From Clostridia bacterium (GTDB lineage: Bacteria > Bacillota > Clostridia > Oscillospirales > SIG627), in NCBI GenBank assembly GCA_017414535.1, contig JAFQMA010000015.1, positions 1 to 58,456 of the forward strand: a stretch of DNA of 58,456 bases, in the 5' to 3' direction. The translations under genes were made by a program, and so were the position numbers. Of the stretch, positions 52,215 to 58,456 are shown piece by piece. The notes under the pieces were generated by a model that was given only the letters and a program-made list of their open reading frames with translations, was not told the DNA's origin and did no database searches. Numbering within the stretch: position 1 is the stretch's first letter; each line of letters starts with the position of its first letter.

Positions 52215-53849
52215 ATGCCCATTACCGAATTTTTGGAAAGAAACGCCCGCCTCTACGGCAACGAAAGCGCCCTGGTGGAGCTGAACCCGTCCGAGGCACG
52301 GGATAATTCCGCCACCTGGCGGGAATATCGCCTGATCGAGACCACGGAGGGAGCACCCTACCGCAGAGAGCTCACCTGGCGCGATTTTGACCGCAGAGCA
52401 AACCGTATCGCCAACCTGCTTCTGTCCCGTGGCGTGCCCCGCGGCACCAAAGTAGCTATTTTGCTGATGAACTGTCTGGAGTGGTTGCCCATTTACTTCG
52501 GCATTCTGAAGGCAGGCTGTCTTGCCGTTCCCATGAACTTCCGCTATTCCTCCGAGGAGATCCGTTATTGCACGGAGCTGGCAGACGTGGAGATCATGGT
52601 CTTCGGCCCCGAATTTATCAGCCGCATGGATCCCATCGCAGGGGAGATGAAGGGCGTTCACACCTATTTCTTCGTAGGTCAGGGCTCACCCGCCTACGCG
52701 CAGGATCTATTGACCGTCATGAGCTTCTGCTCCTCCTCCGCGCCGCCCGTAGCTCTCGAGGATTCCGACCCTGCCGCCATTTATTTTTCCAGCGGCACCA
52801 CAGGCTTCCCCAAGGCGATCCTGCACGATCACGCGGCGCTGGTCTCCTCCTGCCGCACCGAGCAGAACCATCACGGTCAGAGCCGTGATGACGTTTTCCT
52901 CTGCATCCCCCCGCTGTATCACACGGGCGCCAAGATGCATTGGTTCGGCTCTCTTCTGTCCGCCTCCCGCGCAGTGCTTTTGCGCGGTGTCAAGCCGGAG
53001 TGGATCCTCCGTGCCGTCAGTGATGAAAAATGCACCATCGTGTGGCTGTTGGTTCCGTGGGCACAGGATCTTCTGGATGCCCTGGATGAGGGAGTCCTTA
53101 ACGCCGAGGACTATACGCTGGATCAGCTGCGCCTCATGCACATCGGCGCACAGCCCGTGCCCCCCAGCCTGGTACAGCGCTGGCTGAAGCGCTTTCCCCA
53201 CCATCAGTACGACACCAACTATGGCCTGTCCGAATCCATCGGCCCCGGCTGTGTCCATCTGGGCGTGGAAAACGTCCATAAGGTGGGCGCCATCGGCAAG
53301 CCCGGCTATCTGTGGGAGGCCGCCATTGTAGACGAAAAGGGCGAGAAGGTGCCTCGGGGCGAGGTAGGCGAGCTCTGTGTCAAGGGCCCCGGCGTCATGA
53401 AATGCTATTATAAAAACGAGGAAGCCACCCGCGAGGTGCTCCGCGGCGATTGGCTCTTTACGGGTGACATGGCCAAGGAGGACGAGGACGGCTTCATCTA
53501 CCTGGTGGACCGCAAGAAGGACGTGGTCATCTCCGGCGGTGAGAATATCTACCCCGTACAGATCGAGGATCACCTGAGAAGCTTTGATAAGATCAAGGAC
53601 GTGGCCGTCATCGGTCTGCCCGATGCACGCCTTGGTGAGATCTGCGCCGCCATCATCGAGATCAAGGAGGGGTTGACCTGCACCGAGGAGGAGATCCACC
53701 TCTTCTGCGAGAGCCTGCCCCGCTACAAACGCCCCCGCAAGATCTTCTTTGACAAGGTTCCCCGCAACCCCACGGGTAAGATCGAAAAGCCCGTCCTGCG
53801 GAAAAAATACTGCAAGGGCAGTCTTGTGGAAGCACAGATCAACAGCTGA
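52215..53849 (+). CDS. Adenylate-forming acyl-CoA ligase (FadD/ANL superfamily), substrate unknown
   Basis: AAAGGAG RBS. AMP motif YFSSGTTGFPKAI. GELCVKGPGVMKCYY, FTGDMA and PRNPTGKIEK motifs. Confidence 0.85.
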   Translation: MPITEFLERNARLYGNESALVELNPSEARDNSATWREYRLIETTEGAPYRRELTWRDFDRRANRIANLLLSRGVPRGTKVAILLMNCLEWLPIYFGILKAGCLAVPMNFRYSSEEIRYCTELADVEIMVFGPEFISRMDPIAGEMKGVHTYFFVGQGSPAYAQDLLTVMSFCSSSAPPVALEDSDPAAIYFSSGTTGFPKAILHDHAALVSSCRTEQNHHGQSRDDVFLCIPPLYHTGAKMHWFGSLLSASRAVLLRGVKPEWILRAVSDEKCTIVWLLVPWAQDLLDALDEGVLNAEDYTLDQLRLMHIGAQPVPPSLVQRWLKRFPHHQYDTNYGLSESIGPGCVHLGVENVHKVGAIGKPGYLWEAAIVDEKGEKVPRGEVGELCVKGPGVMKCYYKNEEATREVLRGDWLFTGDMAKEDEDGFIYLVDRKKDVVISGGENIYPVQIEDHLRSFDKIKDVAVIGLPDARLGEICAAIIEIKEGLTCTEEEIHLFCESLPRYKRPRKIFFDKVPRNPTGKIEKPVLRKKYCKGSLVEAQINS

Positions 53850-53887
53850 TCCTTCGCATCTTTATTTTCAGAAAGAAGGTTTTACTT

Positions 53888-55444
53888 ATGACTGCACAAT
53901 TTTTCACCGGCGCTCTGGTTGTGGTCTTTTTCGCACTGATGATCGCCGTGGGCCTCTATTGCCGTAAGCACGCCGTCAGCGTGGACGGCTTCGTTCTGGG
54001 CGGGCGAAGCGTAGGCCCCTGGCTCACCGCCTTCGCCTACGGCACCTCCTATTTTTCCGCAGTGATCTTCGTGGGCTACGCAGGCCAGTTCGGCTGGCAG
54101 TTCGGCGTGGCAAGCACCTGGATCGGTCTGGGCAACGCCTTCATCGGCTCCCTTTTGGCCTGGAACATCCTCGGTCGCCGCACCCGTATCATGACCCAGC
54201 ATCTGTCCTCCAAGACCATGCCCGATTTCTTCCAGAAGCGCTATAACTCCAATGCGCTGAAGATCGCAGCCAGTATTATCGTCTTTATCTTCCTCATTCC
54301 CTATACCGCTTCCCTGTACAACGGCCTGTCCAGTCTCTTTCAGGTAGCCTTTGCGATCCCCTACTGGGCAGTGATCCTTGCCATGGCCGTCCTGACGGGC
54401 ATTTACGTGATCTTTGGCGGCTACATGGCCACCGCCATTAACGACTTCATTCAGGGCATCGTCATGCTGGTGGGCATCGTGGCCGTGATCGTAGCCGTCA
54501 TGAACCAAAACGGCGGCTTCATGGACTCCATGGGCGCCCTGGCTGAGACCACAGGCTGGGAATACACCTCCTTTGCCGGTCCCGATCCCCTGTTCCTCAT
54601 TGTGGTGGTGCTCCTCACCAGCCTCGGCACCTGGGGACTTCCCCAGATGGTAGGCAAATTCTACGCCATTTCCGGTGAAAATGCCATCAAGAAGGGCACT
54701 CTCATCTCCACTGTCTTTGCCGTGATCGTAGCAGGCGGCTGCTACTTCCTTGGCGGCTTCGGCAAGCTCTTCGTTTCTCCCGATGCCGTAGCCAAGGGCG
54801 GCTTTGACGTGATCGTCCCCTCCATGATCAGCACTCTCTCCCCCTACATCGTGGGCATCGTCATCGTGCTGGTGCTGTCCGCTTCCATGAGCACCCTCTC
54901 CTCTCTGGTGCTGACCTCCGCTTCCACCTTGACGCTGGACGTGGTGGTTCCCAACGCTAAAAAGGAGACCTCCGAAAAGAAAAAGATCCTCATCATGCGT
55001 CTCTTCATTCTGTTCTTCATCGTGCTCAGCGCCGTCATTGCCATCCTGAAGGACAGCATCTGGAAGGATTTCGTCTTTATCGCACAGATGATGGGCGTAT
55101 CCTGGGGCGCGCTGGCAGGCTCCTTCCTTGCCCCCTTCCTCTACGGTCTGTATTGGAAAAAGACCACCCGCGCCGCCGTTTGGACCAGCTTTGGCTTCGG
55201 CGTTGGCATGATGGTCGTCCAGCTTCTCATCTCCATGAAGGTGATCCCCGCCGTGGGCATCCTTTCCGTGATCTTTAGGAATTCTCTCTATTCCGGTGTA
55301 TTCGCCATGATGGGCGGCCTCATCCTGGTGCCCATCGTAAGTCTTTTCACGAAGAAGAGCCTTCCCGAGAATACCGAAGAGAAATTCGCCTGCTACGACG
55401 CCACCGTTTCCACCCCCGCCAAGAATGCGCTGGAGGAAAAATAA
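53888..55444 (+). CDS. Sodium:solute symporter (SSS) family transporter
   Basis: About 13 TM helices, 518 aa. PutP/PanF-like N-terminal pattern. 38 nt after the ligase gene with no terminator between. Confidence 0.8.
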   Translation: MTAQFFTGALVVVFFALMIAVGLYCRKHAVSVDGFVLGGRSVGPWLTAFAYGTSYFSAVIFVGYAGQFGWQFGVASTWIGLGNAFIGSLLAWNILGRRTRIMTQHLSSKTMPDFFQKRYNSNALKIAASIIVFIFLIPYTASLYNGLSSLFQVAFAIPYWAVILAMAVLTGIYVIFGGYMATAINDFIQGIVMLVGIVAVIVAVMNQNGGFMDSMGALAETTGWEYTSFAGPDPLFLIVVVLLTSLGTWGLPQMVGKFYAISGENAIKKGTLISTVFAVIVAGGCYFLGGFGKLFVSPDAVAKGGFDVIVPSMISTLSPYIVGIVIVLVLSASMSTLSSLVLTSASTLTLDVVVPNAKKETSEKKKILIMRLFILFFIVLSAVIAILKDSIWKDFVFIAQMMGVSWGALAGSFLAPFLYGLYWKKTTRAAVWTSFGFGVGMMVVQLLISMKVIPAVGILSVIFRNSLYSGVFAMMGGLILVPIVSLFTKKSLPENTEEKFACYDATVSTPAKNALEEK

Positions 55445-55449
55445 ATCTC

Positions 55450-55478
55450 TTGCCAAGCATCCGCCTATGCGGTAAAAT
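55450..55478 (+). promoter_or_regulatory. Internal sigma-A-type promoter before iorA
   Basis: TTGCCA, 17-nt spacer, TAAAAT. Confidence 0.5.
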
Positions 55479-55511
55479 ATAAGCAATCTCAAAAAAACGA
55501 GGTATTCACCT

Positions 55512-57233
55512 ATGAAAAAACTTATGTTGGGAAATGAAGCGGTAGCCCGCGGCCTCTTTGAGGGCGGCTGCACCTTCGTTTCCAGTTATCCCGGCACCCC
55601 CAGCACCGAGATCACCGAGGCCGTGGCCCGTTATAAGGAGGTTTATGCCGAATGGGCCCCCAATGAAAAGGTGGCCATGGAATCCGCCTTCGGTGCCTCT
55701 CTGGCAGGCAAAAGAGCCTTCTGCGGCATGAAGCACGTGGGCCTCAACGTTGCCGCCGACCCCCTGTTTACCCTGTCCTACACGGGCGTGAACGGCGGTC
55801 TCGTTATCGGTGTGGCAGACGATGCGGGCATGCATTCCTCTCAGAACGAGCAGGATTCCCGCCATTACGCCCGTGCCGCCAAGATCCCCATGCTGGAGCC
55901 CGCCGATTCCGCCGAGGCACTGGCCTTCACAAAGCTTGCCTTCACCCTGTCGGAGGAATACGATACCCCCGTGTTCATCAAAATGTGCACCCGCGTATCT
56001 CACTCCCAGAGCGTAGTGGAGGAGGGCGAGCGTGTTGAGTCCGTCAAGCCCTATAAGAAGGACCCCGCCAAATACATCATGATGCCCGGTAACGCCAAAA
56101 AGCGCCACCCCGTGGTAGAAGAAAGAACGAGAAGGCTCGTAGCCTTCGCCGAGGAGAGCGAGATCAACCGCGTGGAGAACGGCGCAGACCGCTCCATGGG
56201 CTTTATCACCTCCTCCACCTCCTACCAGTACGTGAAGGAGGCCGTGGGCGACAGATACCCCGTGCTCAAGCTCGGTATGATCTGGCCCATGCCCGAGCAG
56301 AAGCTCCGTGATTTCGCCGCCAAGGTAGAAAAGCTCTACGTGGTGGAGGAGCTGGACGGCTTTATTGAATCTCACCTCAATTCCTTGGGTCTTTCTCCCA
56401 TCGGAAAGGACGTCTTCTCCATTCTCGGCGAATTCAGCCAGAACACCGTCCGCGAAAATCTGGGCCTTCCCGTGCCTCAGGGTACCGTGGCAGAGGAGAA
56501 CGTGCCCCAGAGACCCCCCGTAATGTGTGCAGGCTGTCCCCACAGAGGTCTCTTCTACGTCCTTGCCAAAAACAAGATCACCGTGCTGGGTGACATTGGC
56601 TGCTACACCCTCGGTGCCGTGCCTCCCCTGTCCGCACTGGATTCCACCCTTTGCATGGGCGCCTCCGTTTCCGGTCTCCACGGCTTCGTCAAGGCCATGG
56701 AGGGCGCGGCCGACGGCAATACCGTGGGCGTCATCGGCGACTCCACCTTCATGCACTCGGGCATCACGGGTCTTGTGAACATCGCCTATAACAATTCCAA
56801 CGCCACCGTTATCATTCTGGATAACTCCATCACCGGCATGACCGGCCACCAGCAAAACCCCACCACGGGTCTCAATCTGAAGGGCGATCCCGCCTCCAAG
56901 ATCGATCTGGAGGCACTGTGCCGTGCGGTGGGCATCGAGCGCGTTACCGTGGTGGATCCTTACGATCTTGCCGCCACGGAAAAGGCAGTAAAGGAGGAGC
57001 TGGCCTCGGGCAAGCCCGGCGTCATCATCTCCCGCAGAGCCTGTGCTCTCCTCAAGTACGTCAAGCACCCCGGCCCCATCAAGGTGGATGCGGACAAGTG
57101 CCGCAGCTGTCGCGCCTGCATGAAGATCGGCTGTCCCGCCATCAGCATGCAAAACGGCAAGGCCGTCATTGATAACACCCTTTGCACCGGCTGCGGTGTT
57201 TGCACCCAGCTCTGCAAATTCGGGGCACTGTAA
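55512..57233 (+). CDS. iorA: Indolepyruvate:ferredoxin oxidoreductase alpha subunit
   Basis: 573 aa. TPP-binding region. C-terminal 2x[4Fe-4S] motifs CRSCRACMKIGCP and CTGCGVCTQLC. Confidence 0.88.
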   Translation: MKKLMLGNEAVARGLFEGGCTFVSSYPGTPSTEITEAVARYKEVYAEWAPNEKVAMESAFGASLAGKRAFCGMKHVGLNVAADPLFTLSYTGVNGGLVIGVADDAGMHSSQNEQDSRHYARAAKIPMLEPADSAEALAFTKLAFTLSEEYDTPVFIKMCTRVSHSQSVVEEGERVESVKPYKKDPAKYIMMPGNAKKRHPVVEERTRRLVAFAEESEINRVENGADRSMGFITSSTSYQYVKEAVGDRYPVLKLGMIWPMPEQKLRDFAAKVEKLYVVEELDGFIESHLNSLGLSPIGKDVFSILGEFSQNTVRENLGLPVPQGTVAEENVPQRPPVMCAGCPHRGLFYVLAKNKITVLGDIGCYTLGAVPPLSALDSTLCMGASVSGLHGFVKAMEGAADGNTVGVIGDSTFMHSGITGLVNIAYNNSNATVIILDNSITGMTGHQQNPTTGLNLKGDPASKIDLEALCRAVGIERVTVVDPYDLAATEKAVKEELASGKPGVIISRRACALLKYVKHPGPIKVDADKCRSCRACMKIGCPAISMQNGKAVIDNTLCTGCGVCTQLCKFGAL

Positions 57234-57248
57234 GAAAGGAGAAGCCAA

Positions 57249-57821
57249 ATGGAAACGAAAAACGTAATGATCGTAGGCGTAGGCGGCCAAGGCAGCCTTT
57301 TAGCCTCCAAGCTTTTGGGCAGACTTCTTCTTACCCGCGGCTATGATATCAAGGTATCCGAGGTCCACGGTATGAGCCAGCGCGGCGGATCCGTCGTGAC
57401 CTACGTACGCTTCGGCGACAAGGTCTATTCTCCCATCATCGATAAGGGCGAGGCCGATTTCATCGTCTCCTTCGAGCTTCTGGAGGCCGCCCGCTGGACG
57501 GAATACCTGAAGAAGGACGGCAGGATCGTAGCCAACACCCAGAAGATCAATCCCATGCCCGTCATCATCGGCGCCGCCGAATATCCCGAGGGCATTGAGG
57601 AGCACATCCGTGCCGCAGGCATCGCTCTGGACGCCTTCGACGCCCTTTCCCTCGCCGAGGAGGCAGGCTCCGCCAAGGCGGTGAACATCGCCCTCATGGG
57701 CAGACTTTCCAAATATTTCGACTTCTCCGAGGAGGAATGGATGCAGGCCATTGCCGATTCCGTTCCCGCTAAATTTTTAGAGCTGAACAAGAAAGCCTTC
57801 CTTTTGGGAAGAAACGCATAA
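57249..57821 (+). CDS. iorB: Indolepyruvate:ferredoxin oxidoreductase beta subunit
   Basis: 190 aa. IVGVGGQGSLLASK N-terminus. Follows iorA. Confidence 0.85.
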   Translation: METKNVMIVGVGGQGSLLASKLLGRLLLTRGYDIKVSEVHGMSQRGGSVVTYVRFGDKVYSPIIDKGEADFIVSFELLEAARWTEYLKKDGRIVANTQKINPMPVIIGAAEYPEGIEEHIRAAGIALDAFDALSLAEEAGSAKAVNIALMGRLSKYFDFSEEEWMQAIADSVPAKFLELNKKAFLLGRNA

Positions 57822-57845
57822 ACTGCAAAAAACAAGGAGAAAACA

Positions 57846-58456
57846 ATGAGAAAATATTACCAGCCCGAAATTGAGACCGCCTCAAGAGAGGAGATCCTTG
57901 CCCTCCAGAACGAGAGACTTGTGGCACAGGTGAAGCACGTTTGGGAAAACGTGCCCTACTATCGCAAGAAAATGGAGGAAAAGGGTGTGACTCCCGAAGA
58001 TATTAAGGGTGTAGCGGATCTTCACAAGCTCCCCTTCCTCACCAAGGACGACCTGCGCGAGGCCTATCCCTACGGCCTCATGGGCAAGCCTCTGAAGGAT
58101 TGCGTGCGCATCCAATCCACCTCCGGTACTACCGGCAAGCGTGTGGTGGCCTTCTATACCCAGCACGATATCGATCTGTGGGAGGATTGCTGCGCCCGTG
58201 CCATTATGGCCGCAGGCGGAACGGAAGAGGACGTTTGTCAGGTGTGCTACGGCTACGGCCTGTTCACCGGCGGCCCCGGCCTCAACGGCGGCTCTCACAA
58301 GGTGGGCTGTCTGACCCTGCCCATGTCCAGCGGCAATACCGACCGTCAGCTCCAGTTCATGACCGATCTGGAATCGACCATCATCTGCTGCACCCCCTCT
58401 TATGCCGGCTACCTTGCCGAAAGCATCCACGAGCGCGGCCTGCGCGATCAGATCAA
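57846..58456 (+). CDS. paaK: Phenylacetate--CoA ligase (3'-truncated by window edge)
   Basis: AAGGAG RBS. MRKYYQPEIETASREEILALQNERL...QSTSGTTGKRVV motif. The frame is open to the window end. Absent from the ORF track because it has no stop codon. Confidence 0.85.
   Translation, partial: MRKYYQPEIETASREEILALQNERLVAQVKHVWENVPYYRKKMEEKGVTPEDIKGVADLHKLPFLTKDDLREAYPYGLMGKPLKDCVRIQSTSGTTGKRVVAFYTQHDIDLWEDCCARAIMAAGGTEEDVCQVCYGYGLFTGGPGLNGGSHKVGCLTLPMSSGNTDRQLQFMTDLESTIICCTPSYAGYLAESIHERGLRDQI

Noticed and set aside
52707-57290. Minus-strand ORFs 52707..53699, 53882..55573 and 55506..57290
   Set aside because: Antisense shadows of the ligase, symporter and iorA genes. Their translations are Gly/His/Ala/Asp-rich with no motifs.
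57882-58430. 182-aa minus-strand ORF at the window end
   Set aside because: The plus-strand frame from ATG 57846 (AAGGAG RBS) encodes an unmistakable PaaK N-terminus, STSGTTGK. That gene is missing from the track only because it has no stop codon in the window.
1-58456. Search for tRNA, rRNA, tmRNA, RNase P, transposase, integrase, phage or defence-system genes
   Set aside because: No cloverleaf/T-loop signatures, rRNA-like stretches or recognisable mobile-element or defence protein motifs were found by eye in any supported ORF. Absence is not proven without proper scans.

Overview
58.5-kb chromosomal window that looks like a high-GC Firmicute of the Clostridia (Oscillospiraceae/Ruminococcaceae-like). 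That placement is inferred only from gene content, GGAGG ribosome-binding sites, T-box leaders and lipoboxes. I support 42 protein-coding genes (one truncated at the 3' edge). I found no rRNA, tRNA, CRISPR array, transposase, integrase or phage genes.

Housekeeping genes:
- pheS-pheT behind a T-box
- an rsmF-like gene and greA
- rny-ymdB-mfd
- hisS, asnA, a type III glutamine synthetase and a dCMP deaminase

Accessory genes:
- an orphan glycyl radical enzyme divergent from a GH2 hydrolase
- a 2132-aa vWA/isopeptide-domain wall adhesin flanked by a CMP-sugar cytidylyltransferase and a SASA-type esterase
- a Fur-family regulator divergent from a 3-gene glycosyltransferase operon
- two tandem cytoplasmic ceramidase-like paralogs
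- two tandem AEC permeases
- several lipoproteins
- a ligase/symporter/iorAB/paaK aryl-acid cluster

Most interesting non-coding signals:
1. A canonical T-box with a UAC (Tyr) specifier controls an acyl-CoA ligase plus an SSS symporter, just upstream of iorAB-paaK.
2. A 356-bp hairpin-only insertion sits between the two halves of a bidirectional terminator stem at 19779-20164. An inverted partial copy lies at the window start, and an intact 'empty' version of the same stem lies at 37212-37242.
3. Inside that insertion, four GTGATAT boxes in exact 25-nt phase and four ATAT(C/A)AC boxes are separated by unrelated mini-hairpins. Together they can fold as a stack of four-way junctions.
4. A near-identical promoter + attenuator leader + signal-peptide module is shared in inverted orientation by two otherwise diverged lipoprotein genes, bracketing a 14-kb housekeeping block.
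5. A four-member family of composite terminator repeats.
6. A ~350-bp GC-rich structured spacer.

All alignments and folds were done by eye; nothing was searched against databases.
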